A stretch of DNA of 62,930 nucleotides, the filler included, from Octopus bimaculoides (Eukaryota), in NCBI RefSeq assembly GCF_001194135.2. It is 9 parts of 7 records of this genome, joined end to end, with 100 filler letters (N's around TTAATTAATTAA, not from the genome) between each part and the next. Parts side by side here need not be neighbours in the genome. Positions count along the whole stretch, not along the records: positions 22,711 to 41,513 come from NC_068990.1; positions 41,614 to 47,524 come from NC_068991.1; positions 47,625 to 50,699 come from NC_068991.1; 6 more parts are not named here. One strand, 5' to 3'. The number at the start of each line of letters is the position of its first letter. Position 1 is the first letter of the stretch. The notes under the pieces are model-generated. The model was not told the origin of the DNA, ran no database searches, and saw only the letters and a program-made list of their open reading frames with translations. Below, piece by piece: positions 36,451 through 48,738 of this stretch. The translations under genes and the position numbers were made by a program.

Positions 36451-39400
36451 TAAAATTATTTACGTATTTTCTTCAGAAAAAAATTTTTGTCCATGTTGCG
36501 TGTGGAGTTTATAAAGGAATGATTCAACAAGTAGAAAAATCTAAGGGGTGGTAATTGGTGATCATTATTGTTGTGGACAGGGGGGATAATTCTTCATCTT
36601 TCAGTGGAGGGGAAAATGTACACAAAAATTCAAAAGCTAGAGTAGTGGGGAGAAATATGTACGATGATGGTATGTAATCGTGAATTAGAATATGTATAGA
36701 GATCAAAGTTGGTTATACATGCATACTTACACGTGTTCTGTATTTTTCGATGAATAAATTTTCTTTATTTAAACTTTCTTGTATAGAAATTGTATCTTTG
36801 CACAGGTAGCAGGGGAAAACTGTAAAATTTGGTTTGATGTTACCTGCACATCTCTCTATGCATTCACTTAAAGGAATCTGTCTGTATTGCAGGAACCGAA
36901 TCTGCTCTTTATCTAGAGTGGTTCTCCGTCTCAATGTCATACTCGTCTGTCCTATAAAGTGATGTCCACAACTCGTGTAGGTTATTACATAAATTAGATT
37001 CTAAGAGGCACAAGTGAAGTTGATTTTAATTGTGAACCTCTCTCCTTGTTTGAAAAGGAAATCCGAGCTTTCAGTTGGGTTGGGACATGTTCCACAGTTT
37101 GGCCGTCCACATTTTTTAACCGTTGGTTTCGTGGTTGTGTAAAGCTTCGCATTTGTTAGATTTGTGTTGCTTTTTGCATTTGATTTTTGTTGCTTTTTGC
37201 ATTTGATGAATTTATGTGTTTTCAGGATGTTGTTCTTTTTTGGGTCTCTAGGAAGATTTTGCACAATAGTGTTGTATGCCTCCTTGTTTCTAGAGTTGTG
37301 AGTTGATATATACAGTAGTGTTTTGAAATGAAGTGTGGTGTTATGTTTTGTTGTCTTTAGTGTTTTTATGTCTAATTTCTTGGCACGCCTAATTCCATCG
37401 TCTATAAGTGAGGGTAAATACTGTCTTTCTGTTAGTGTTGTTCTGAGGTCTTGAAGGTGAAGTTTCAGAGTAGTTCTATCAGACACTATTGTGCAAATCC
37501 TTTTTGCCAAAATAAAGGGGATATTTATTTTGATGTGTTTTTGTTGGTATAAACTAAAAAGGAGATATTGCTTCGAGCCCGTTGGTTTATGATAGATGTA
37601 AGTTATAGTTTGGTTGTTGACATTTTTTATCATAATATCCAAAAATTGAAGCTGTTCTTTGCTATATTTCATTGTGAATTGAATGTTATGGTTTATATCA
37701 TTTATTGTTAATCTGAATTCCAAAAGTTTATCAATGGTCTCCTTCCAAATGATAAAACAGTCATCCAGGTATCTTTTCTAATTTTCTCTTATATAAGGTG
37801 AAATGGGTAACCATATTTTTGCAATGACACTTCATATATAATGAATTCAAAATAACCCATTATTAAGTTCGCAAGTACAAGGGCTGCTTTCGTTTCCATC
37901 CCAATTCCGTATTTTTGACGATAGTAGGTGTCATCAAATAAGAAATAATTGTTCTGAAGTATAGATTTTAAAGATTCAATAATATTGATTTATGCGTTCC
38001 GGTAGTACTTTGAAGTACTTTTCCAACCAGAATTTGATTGCTTTTATTCCATAGTCATGTGAGATGTTGATGTAAAGATTGATAACATTAATTGTTTTTG
38101 GTGGGTGCTCTAGCATGTCTAAATCGTCTCTAATGAAATTTCTGATGTATTTCAGCAGGGGTAGGAAATTGCTTTGGCGGTAGGTTTCACAGGCTGGGCC
38201 AGCTATAATGAGTCTTAACTTTAAGTCTTCTGGCGCTTGGATATTAATGTATTTGCCTGGTGATTGCTTGCAGGCTTCATTAACTATCTTGCTCTTGTGT
38301 ATTTTAGGTAGGCCGTAAAAAAAGACTAGGTTTACATTTAAAGTTCGTGATATAATCTATTTCTTTTTGTCAGGCCTTTTCCATGTAGAAGTATTAAGGA
38401 TGCAAGATTTTTCATTGTTTGTTTTGTTGTTTATAGTTTACAACTTTTCCGTAGAAGGCATCGTTTTCTAGCATGGATAATACTAGGTTTTTGTAGTATT
38501 CTGTGTCCATCAGAAGTACAGCACTTCCTTCGTCTGCTTCTTTAATTGTCAGGTGTTTGTCATTTTGTAGTTCAATTAGATTTTTCCATTCTAGATTGTT
38601 GAGGTTTGAATTATTTTTTTCTTTATGGAAAGTATATGGGAAACTTTGGATATTGTCGCAGAAGTCATCTAGTATTTTATTCCTACCGTTAGGTGGAAGG
38701 TAATTACTTCTGTTTTTGTTGTAAACAGATAGTGCTTCTGTGAGTCGTAATTTTCTGCAGAATTCCGAAATATTGTCTTTAATTTCATTATGGTTAGATC
38801 TTCGTGGGGTTGGGATAAATTTTAATCCTTTAGCTAGTATATTGATTTTTGTTGCAGAGAGAGTTTTCTTTGATAAATTTATTACATTGGGTTTCTCCTG
38901 CAGGTTTTGTTCCAACGTGTGTCCCTGTTTCTCTCCACTCGGTCTAAAAACATTTTATTGTAATTTGGTTGGTAGTAGTTATCAGTATTATTATTGTTAT
39001 TAGTTATATCAGTTTTATTTTTGTTATTATTATTTATTATATTGGGATTTCTGGGAGGTTGGTGTTGTTGTCTGGGTGGAATAAATTGTTAGGGTGCTTA
39101 ATTATGTTTGGGATGTTGAGGAGTTGGTTGTGCTGTCTGGGTAAATAGGTTGAGAATCCGTAGGTTGAGTTTCTTCGTTGAGGAGTGGAGGAAGTCCCTT
39201 GGACGTTTCTGGTTGCTGGGGAGAAAAATTACTCCTAACCCTACGCTGGTTTCTTCTAGTATTTCGTATTAGTGAGTTGTCCCTAGACTAAGAATGGTTT
39301 ACTTCCAGGTGAGAAGACATTTGTGTGTCTGTGTTCTTCTGGATGTTTATAGTTTGACCTAGGTGGACATGTATTTATTTCTGTAGATGTACTTGTTCTA

Positions 39401-39690
39401 GATGTTTTCAGGAAAGGGGTTATCTGAGATGTAGTCTCTTTTAAATTAGGTTTCGTAACTAAGGAAAAATTAACACCTTTCCCATCGGTGCAGGGAATTT
39501 ATTTCTTCCGACTTACAGCTATCTTTCCATAGTTTTATAATACTTCCCAAAAGTTATTCATCAGCATGTTTAGTGAGTTTGGTGAACATTTCTTCATCGA
39601 TCGTTTTATATTTTTGTTCGTTATTCGATGCTCTAAGTTTAAGTAACTCAATCACTATTTTCATTATCTCTAGTGCTCATTTCTCCCTAA
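36419..39690 (-). mobile_element. Near-full-length degraded Neptune-type Penelope-like element
   Basis: NVINLSKKTLSATKINILAKGLKFIPTP (N-terminus); IKEADEGSAVLLMD; RT; QFTMKYSKEQLQFLDI...IYHKPT (thumb); KKCGRPNCGTC (Cys motif between RT and EN, typical of Neptune); C-terminal GIY-YIG tail RQIPLSECIERCAG...KENLFIEKY. Confidence 0.88.
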
Positions 39691-40030
39691 GCTTTCGCAT
39701 CGCAGTGCCCGATTTTTGTCGGTAGGTGTTCTCGTTGAAGTTGAAGAAGTTCTGTAGGATGAACTTTATTCTTTCAGTGATGAATCCGATTCCGTCAGAA
39801 ATGTCATCTGGGATTTTTCCAGCCAGAATTGTATAGCTTCTATTCCGTATTCATGAAGAATTGAGGTGTAGGGATTTATTATATCGAATGAAACAAGAAA
39901 GGAATCCTTGCTAGTTTTGTTCAGGGGATGGTTTAAAAAGTCCAGATCATCCCTTATAAAATTCAATATATGTTGGAGAATAGGTTTTAGGAGGACGTCA
40001 ATAAAGTTACTTTAAAAGATGGAGTGTCCC
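39690..40030 (-). mobile_element. Extra PLE RT fragment in tandem upstream of the element
   Basis: FIRDDLDFL...LVSFDIINPYTSILHEYGIEAIQFWLEK...QKSGTAM duplicates, with divergence, the RT segment at about 37850-38170. Confidence 0.75.
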
Positions 40031-41252
40031 ATGTCCTGCACACTTCTAATCTTCATCAACTAAAATATGGTGCAGCTACTAATTCGAGTTTTTGATACTT
40101 GCGTAAGCGGGATGCTTGCGAAGACCAGCTCAGCCTGCAGAACATATGCGCGCGCACAAACACGCACACACACACACATATATATACATATGTAGATATA
40201 TACATGTGACTATTTATATTTGCATACATCTATATATGCATATGTATACATATGTATATACACACATACATACATACATATATATATNNNNNNNNNNNNT
40301 ATATATATATATATATATATATATATGAATTAGGGCTCCAGGACCTGCATCTAATCTTCTAAACTTAATGTCTAAACTAGAATTTAGTGCGTATATAAAT
40401 AGCATCCAAGCTTAACTTAAATCTGACAGCAAGCAAATCAACCCCTACGCTCCACCCCCTTACAAAGTTCCGTTTTGTCTGACGGCAATAAGAACTTATG
40501 TGGAATAGATAATAGCATACACAAGAATCTTACACAAAATTACATGTAAACTAGTAACCAAACATAATAATTTTAAGTGGTTGGCGAAATATCTAGTGAA
40601 ACTCAAAATCTAGATAACAGACTAGAAGTTGTAGTTAAAGACCACACGTACGTTGTTGTTAATGACTACGATGATAATTTTGCCTCTAACATTAGATCTT
40701 GGTTAATTAACCCGGTTAAATCTGAAATTAGATTAGTTGGTAAGAAAACTTTAAGGAGATGTAAAAGTTTTTTTTTTTTTTTTTTTTTGTAAAGAGTTAC
40801 TAGGGTGTTACTCAACTTTTAAGCCATTTTATCAATCTCAACAGGATAGAGGATAAAGTTGACTTCTGCGCCGTTTGAACAACACAGAATTTTAACCGAA
40901 ACGTTAACGATACTGCTGATCCACCTCCCTAAATAACAGTTGGAAAGCTGCTATCGTACAACAAAGGAGAAATTCCAAAACTGTCATTTTTTTAGTTTAA
41001 CAATATCGAAAATAAGTATAACTGGAGATTTACCCAGTTTGACATTGTCGAATTTACCACTTTGACAGTCAAATTTTACCATTCTGACCAGTTTGATATT
41101 GTCGAATTTTACCATTCTAGCCCAAGATCCTAAATGATATTGACATTATAATGCATGACACAAAAATCCTACTTTTGACTAAGATTCTGTCTAAAATTCT
41201 GAAGAATTTGATTCAGTTGATCTTTTAATGTAAATATAAGGTCAAACAGTAA

Positions 41253-41513
41253 TCTATATATATAAAAATGAGAATGTGTGTCTGTCTGTCTGTCTGTCTG
41301 TCTCTGTGTGTGTGTGAATCCCTAAAACTCGAGAACTACGCAACCAATTTCATTCAAATTTTACACATGCCTTACTTAGGGTTCCAGTTGTGTTTTAGTC
41401 AAAAAACTTTTTAACTTCTTGCAGAGTTCGAGCCCACGGCAACATAATATCTCCTCCACTATTTAAGTATTACGTATCAAAAGTGAAACAAAAATACTCA
41501 TGTCAAATACTTT
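41253..41513 (+). mobile_element. Non-autonomous Helitron 5' end
   Basis: A|TCTATATATATAAAAATGAGAATGTGTG(TCTG)n...ACTACGCAACCAATTTCATTCAAATTT is the typical 5' architecture of non-autonomous Helitrons (TC start, [GTCT]n tract). It runs into a gap. Confidence 0.7.
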
Positions 41514-42896
41514 NNNNNNNNNNNNNNNNNNNNNNNNNNNNNNNNNNNNNNNNNNNNTTAATTAATTAANNNNNNNNNNNNNNNNNNNNNNNNNNNNNNN
41601 NNNNNNNNNNNNNTATATGCATATATACGTACAGGTATGTGCATACCGACATCCACCTGTATGTATAGGTGCATATCTGGGTACAAGACATTGCAAACAA
41701 ACGTAGACGAGAACACACGAGCCACATAGAGAACATTCTACTTCATCAGCCACCCACGTTTTAACACCGGCGTTTCGACGAGCTTGGGCAGGACGCATCG
41801 CTAAAACGGCTCGTCCCATGGATCGCAGATTAAATTTGTATACATATTTTTTATACCAAAAATTAGGCAAAAATATAGTATCTGTTAACAAACTTAGCAA
41901 AATACTCACAATGGAGTTTTTGTATATATATCGACTTTAAAGAGAGCTCAAAACTGATCCATTGAAAATATTATATTATAATAATAATAATAATAAAAAT
42001 GACCTATGAACATTTCGATGCAATATCCAGATAGATTCATGCATAATTATAAAATATTATAAAATATAAAACAGTTGAGCATAAAAGTAAAGATTTAATA
42101 CTGTTGATGCAGTCCATGTTTATCTAAGTATTGCATGAAGAGCGACAGTGACTTCGAAGTTTCGACCAATTAGCTTTTGTCATAGTTACATGAGGGTGCG
42201 TGTGTTCGCGCGCGTCCTCGCGTGTGTGTAAGCACTCACGCAAACTCTTACAGATACAATCGGGGCACCTAGAACCACAAACACACACACACACATATAC
42301 ACACATTCTTGCGTTTCATTTCACACACTTGAAATTTTCCGCTCTATCAATCCTTCTCCCACTCCTTTCACACGTTTATCACCCTTACCTTCTCTCTCCC
42401 TCTTTCTTCTAGCCCTCTTTCTCTCACCCACACACACTCTTTCTTTCTTTCTTTTTCTCTCTTTCTCTCCTTGACTTCCGTTTCGCTCTGTTTCTTTTGA
42501 ATTGTGAACCTATCTTGTGTGATGGGTGTGTGTCTGCATGTGTATGTATTTGTGCGTGTATGTATGAGTGTGTGTGTCTGTGCGTACATATATATACATA
42601 TATACACATATATATAAACAAACACATTTTTATACATATGCATAAATATATACAATACACTTATTGATGTTTGTTTTCATATGAAATTCATATGAAACCC
42701 CTTAACGGTACAATACTTATTAGAGCACATATGTATAACTATTTGTTTTAGCAATAAAATGGTTGGTATAAAAGCGAAGGCTTACTAGCTGCCATCGGCT
42801 CGATGGCGGCTTCGAAGTTACTGACACCCATTTTCATGATGTATACTCAAATATATATTGATGTGTCTGTATATTTATGTGTGCATATGCGTGTGC

Positions 42897-42968
<72 letters not shown>

Positions 42969-44079
42969 NNNNNNNNNNNNNNNNNNNNNNNNNNNNNNNN
43001 NNNNNNNNNNNNNNNNNNNNNNNNNNNNNNNNNNNNNNNNNNNNNNNNNNNNNNNNNNNNNNNNNNNNNNNNNNNNNNNNNNNNNNNNNNNNNNNNNNNN
43101 NNNNNNNNNNNNNNNNNNNNNNNNNNNNNNNNNNNNNNNNNNNNNNNNNNNNNNNNNNNNNNNNNNNNNNNNNNNNNNNNNNNNNNNNNNNNNNNNNNNN
43201 NNNNNNNNNNNNNNNNNNNNNNNNNNNNNNNNNNNNNNNNNNNNNNNNNNNNNNNNNNNNNNNNNNNNNNNNNNNNNNNNNNNNNNNNNNNNNNNNNNNN
43301 NNNNNNNNNNNNNNNNNNNNNNNNNNNNNNNNNNNNNNNNNNNNNNNNNNNNNNNNNNNNNNNNNNNNNNNNNNNNNNNNNNNNNNNNNNNNNNNNNNNN
43401 NNNNNNNNNNNNNNNNNNNNNNNNNNNNNNNNNNNNNNNNNNNNNNNNNNNNNNNNNNNNNNNNNNNNNNNNNNNNNNNNNNNNNNNNNNNNNNNNNNNN
43501 NNNNNNNNNNNNNNNNNNNNNNNNNNNNNNNNNNNNNNNNNNNNNNNNNNNNNNNNNNNNNNNNNNNNNNNNNNNNNNNNNNNNNNNNNNNNNNNNNNNN
43601 NNNNNNNNNNNNNNNNNNNNNNNNNNNNNNNNNNNNNNNNNNNNNNNNNNNNNNNNNNNNNNNNNNNNNNNNNNNNNNNNNNNNNNNNNNNNNNNNNNNN
43701 NNNNNNNNNNNNNNNNNNNNNNNNACACACACACACACACACATGAGAGTTTACCCTCTTATAATATTTGTCTTCCAGTATTCGATAACTTCGAGGAAGT
43801 TATCGAATATTGCACTGGGAGCCGCCAGCTCTGAGTTCACCCCTCACTGATAGTGGAAACAACTGTAAGCTAATAGAAGGTATTATGTAACATCTGTTCT
43901 TTTCTCATTCGCTAATGACCGTATTAAAGCTATCAGCCGTTAGATCGCTTCTCTAATGGATATAGGACAATAAGAAGGTAAGGAATATTTTTAAACCGTG
44001 TGAATGGAAGAAATATTTTGATCTGTTTGGTTTTAGAGCGTGGATTATTGCCCTAAATAGATAGATAGATAGCTCCATC

Positions 44080-44536
44080 TGTGGCGATGACAATCATTGC
44101 TCTCCCAGTCAGTGTCCTGCATATCACAGGTCTTTAATGAGGACTTGACACAATCCTTATATCGCAGCCTTGGTTTCTGCCAGGGTCTCTTTCCATTCAC
44201 AAGTTCTCCATATAGCATCTGTTTAGGGATCCTGTTATCCTTCATTCTAATAAGATGACCAGTCCAACGTAACCGGTGCTTGTATACCATCGCCTCAACA
44301 CTCGAGATATCAGCGTTCCTCATGACCTGCGTGTTTGGAGTTTTTAAGGTCCGGTCAACATTAAAAATGTGACTCAGACATCGCTGATGAAAGCGTTCAA
44401 GGACCGCTACATGACGTTTGTAAAGGGTCCATGATTCACAGGAGTAAAGGAGCGATGTCAGTACACATGCACGGTACATAGCAATTTTTGTTTGTTTTGT
44501 GATGTCATGCAGGGACCAGACACGAGATTCAAGACA
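44080..44536 (-). mobile_element. RTE/BovB-like LINE 3' fragment
   Basis: TKIAMYRACVLTSLLYSCESWTLY...LERFHQRCL...RLRWTGHLIRMKDNRIPKQMLYGEL...KPRLRYKD. Confidence 0.9.
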
Positions 44537-44560
44537 TACATACATACATACATACATACA

Positions 44561-45476
44561 TAGGAGATCTGATCAATAAGTATCCGGACCGGTTCTGATG
44601 TTTCCAAGATGGCCGAAAAATGTCGATATTGTCGAACGTTCCGGGGGACCCGTAACCAGCAGAACTGAGAAAAACATCGCAAATGTGCGTGCAGCTGAGA
44701 GGGGGAAATCATCGAACCACCATTCGTGAGATATCACAGGATGTACAGATTAATTACGGTTCAGTTCAGTCCATTATCACTGAAGATTTGGGTGTGAGAC
44801 GCGTGTCTGCCAAGTTTGTTCCAAAACTGCTTTCAGCTGACCAAAAAGACACTCGGATTTCAGTTGCACAAGATCTCATTGATTGTGACGAGAACGATAA
44901 AAACTCTGCGTAGGCCTTTGAGCAAGTATCGCCAAGCTTTTGACAAAATTTGATGCAGATTCTCTACTCCAGGGGTTTTCAAACTGTGGTCCGCGGACCA
45001 CAGGGGGTCCGCAAGGACAAGACAAGGGGTCTGTGAACAGCAAATACTTTTTATGGGCAATTTGATTTTATATATGGTTTTTAATCGAAATCTTTTAATT
45101 GACAATAAACCTATTTGTTAAATACTGTTAAATAAATAAATGTAAAAATGTTATTTTAAGCAAATATTCATGTATAAATTTCATAAGCGTTTATAAGGGG
45201 TCCCTAAGGTAAAGCTTGAAATATAAAGGGGTCTGCAAGTCAAAAAGTTTGAAAACCCCTGCTCTACTCAATTCTGTCATAGTCAACGCGACGATCACAC
45301 GCTACACACCTTCCTTCGAAGCACTGCTGTAAACACTGGATTTAAGCTAGAACATTAAAACTTAGTGCGCATGCACAGCATCTTTCAAGGTCAATCTGTG
45401 TGGAGCGACTTCACTCTGGGTTCTTTAGCTTCGTTACTATGACAACAGTCCGGATACTTACTGATTAGACCACGTA
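44561..45476 (-). mobile_element. Rearranged mariner deletion derivative with both TIRs
   Basis: 29-nt TIRs including TA (44561-44589 and 45448-45476) match 24/29. The N-terminus MTELSR/ICIKFCQKLGDTCSKAYA is on the minus strand and the HTH segment TTIREISQDV...RRVSAKFVPKLL is on the plus strand. Confidence 0.85.
44970..45261. mobile_element. hAT/Charlie-type MITE nested in the mariner remnant
   Basis: Perfect TIR CAGGGGTTTTCAAACT and a perfect 8-bp TSD CTCTACTC (44962-44969 and 45262-45269). Confidence 0.95.
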
Positions 45477-46117
45477 CAACATACACTGTGTGTGTGTGTG
45501 TGTAAAGCGGTGAGTAAGCAACTTCAGTAAGCTGAGGGCGAAGTCAAAGGTTCGCAGCCCCATCACAATGGCCTACCAAGTCCTCCTAGTCCACCTAACT
45601 GTGATTATGTGTTAACAATGACAGCGAGGGAATGACAGAGGGGTGGCGTTGGAGAGCAGACGGAATGTAATATAATACAACCTGCCCCTACATACGCCAT
45701 TGTGAAGCAATTTCTTAGCAACACCACCAACAACAACATCAACAGCAGCAGCAGCAGCAGTTGATATTGTCAATAACAATGGTCAAATGTGGGGCGAGAA
45801 TTAGTCAAATTTCCAACTGAAGTAACATCACTCTCTCTCTCTCTCTCTCTCTCTCACACTCTTTCTCTTTCACGGTCTCTCTCTCTCTCCTCTCAAACGC
45901 TCTGTCACTCTCTCTCTCTCTCTTTCTATCTTTCTCTCCCTCTCTGTTTCTTTCTCTCTTCCTCCCTCTCGTTCACTTTCTCCTTACATCTATTTACTTA
46001 TCTGTGTCTATTCCTATTTCTCTCTTCCTTTTTCTATTGCTGTCTCTCTGCCTCTCTCCCTCCCTCTCTTTCACTCTCCCTCTCTCTCCATCTCTATCTA
46101 TCTATCTATTTATCTAC

Positions 46118-46159
<42 letters not shown>

Positions 46160-47379
46160 NNNNNNNNNNNNNNNNNNNNNNNNNNNNNNNNNNNNNNNNN
46201 NNNNNNNNNNNNNNNNNNNNNNNNNNNNNNNNNNNNNNNNNNNNNNNNNNNNNNNNNNNNNNNNNNNNNNNNNNNNNNNNNNNNNNNNNNNNNNNNNNNN
46301 NNNNNNNNNNNNNNNNNNNNNNNNNNNNNNNNNNNNNNNNNNNNNNNNNNNNNNNNNNNNNNNNNNNNNNNNNNNNNNNNNNNNNNNNNNNNNNNNNNNN
46401 NNNNNNNNNNNNNNNNNNNNNNNNNNNNNNNNNNNNNNNNNNNNNNNNNNNNNNNNNNNNNNNNNNNNNNNNNNNNNNNNNNNNNNNNNNNNNNNNNNNN
46501 NNNNNNNNNNNNNNNNNNNNNNNNNNNNNNNNNNNNNNNNNNNNNNNNNNNNNNNNNNNNNNNNNNNNNNNNNNNNNNNNNNNNNNNNNNNNNNNNNNNN
46601 NNNNNNNNNNNNNNNNNNNNNNNNNNNNNNNNNNNNNNNNNNNNNNNNNNNNNNNNNNNNNNNNNNNNNNNNNNNNNNNNNNNNNNNNNNNNNNNNNNNN
46701 NNNNNNNNNNNNNNNGCTGTTGCCGTTATTATTGAAGCACTTGACGATGAAGTGGCTGTTGTTGTTGTTGTTGTTGTTGTAGGTTCCTGCCGTCGTTTTT
46801 ATTGTTGTTGTTGTTGGCTGGTGTTTCTGTCGGTTTTGTGATTGTTGTCTATGCTGTTGTTGTTGTTGTTATACTCTTGTTTGTTTCACTGTCTGTGCAT
46901 GCATGTATATATGTATTTATGTATGGATGTATGTATGTATGTATGTATGTGTGTGTGTATGTATGCATGTATGTGTCTGTATGTATGCATGCATGTATGT
47001 ATGTATGTACGTGTGTCTGTCTGTATGTATGTATGCGTCTTTGTGTATGTATATACGTATGTATGTATGTATGTATGTATGTATGCGTGTCTGTGTATGT
47101 ACGTACGATGAGTCCTAGGGTCGATTCATTCGACTAAAAATTCTTCAAGGTGGTGCCCCAGCATGGCCGCAGTCTAATAACTGAAACAAGTAAAAGATAT
47201 GCGTATGTGTGTCCGTGTATATATGTATATATGCCTATGTGTTCATGCATGCGTGAGCGTGGGTTTGTGTATGTATGTGCGTGTATGTGTGTGTGTGTGT
47301 GTGTGCGTGTGTGCGTGTCTGTGTGTTGGGTATGTTTACGCTGGACATAGTATTTACCTCGCTTCTAAATAACCCCATT

Positions 47380-47424
<45 letters not shown>

Positions 47425-48337
47425 CTGTCACTCGCTTTATTTCTCTTTTTCTTTCACTACATTTCCTTTCTTTCACCATCACTCCACCCCCACCCCTTCC
47501 ACTACCTTCCCCTTCTGCCCCACCNNNNNNNNNNNNNNNNNNNNNNNNNNNNNNNNNNNNNNNNNNNNTTAATTAATTAANNNNNNNNNNNNNNNNNNNN
47601 NNNNNNNNNNNNNNNNNNNNNNNNTGTGCTTTTAATTATTAATTTTTCTATATGTGATAGTGGGTTTTCATCGATGAGTTCTTGAAAATTGGTTATTTTC
47701 CCTAAAACTATATATATTTTATATATACTTTATCTATAAGGCTCAATTTAATTTTTTATAAATTGATTTTAATTGAGTTTTTTACCTGTAATTTTGGATT
47801 TTGTCCCTAATAATATTATTATATATATATATATATATATCTGTATATATGTAGAGGTATGTATGTAAGTTTATATGTATATATATACATGTGTCTATAT
47901 GTGTATGTATATGTATGTACACCTCTACTATCTCTATTATTTAGTACATTGATTGGAATCATCTATGCATTATCAATATTTTATTAAGTAATATAATACT
48001 AAATATTTATTTATCTAAAAGTATACTGTGAGTAAATTATTCTATAATAACGTTTACTTAAATTCCATTATATTGTATTATAATTCTATATTAGCTATAA
48101 TTATCTTAAATAGTTGTCAATTTATATCTTATTTAGTTTACTTTTATTTTATAGAGGTATTCATTATACATACATACATACATACATACATACATACATA
48201 CATACACACATTTATATATATATATATATATTTACCTGTAAATAACAAATGAAAGACAAAAGATGGAATATACGAGAATATATTATTAATCACAACAATT
48301 GTTTCGTCGTATGATAACTAAATAAAAAACTCGTTCA

Positions 48338-48379
48338 AATGACTGTTCCATAATGACTGTTCCATAATGACTGTTCCAT
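48338..48379. repeat. 14-bp unit x3 (aatgactgttccat)
   Basis: Three exact tandem copies. Confidence 0.9.
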
Positions 48380-48655
48380 ATTGCAACTTCTCGTTTTGTA
48401 GAGAGATAAATTACAACAAACGGAAACGGAAAACCGCAAAAAATGAACATGCGGAAATAAGGACGATAGCACGACAACGACAAACAGGACAAAACAAAAA
48501 CGCAGATCATTCGCACCCAATTGCCTCTTCAGTTGGGGTCCAGAAGGTCTACTTAATTTCACTCATCTTTGTTAATTATCTATAAATATTTTTATTCATT
48601 TGGCTAAACAAATACTGATTTGTATTATGTATTGCTATGTGTATATATGTATATA

Positions 48656-48694
<39 letters not shown>

Positions 48695-48699
48695 ATACA

Positions 48700-48738
<39 letters not shown>

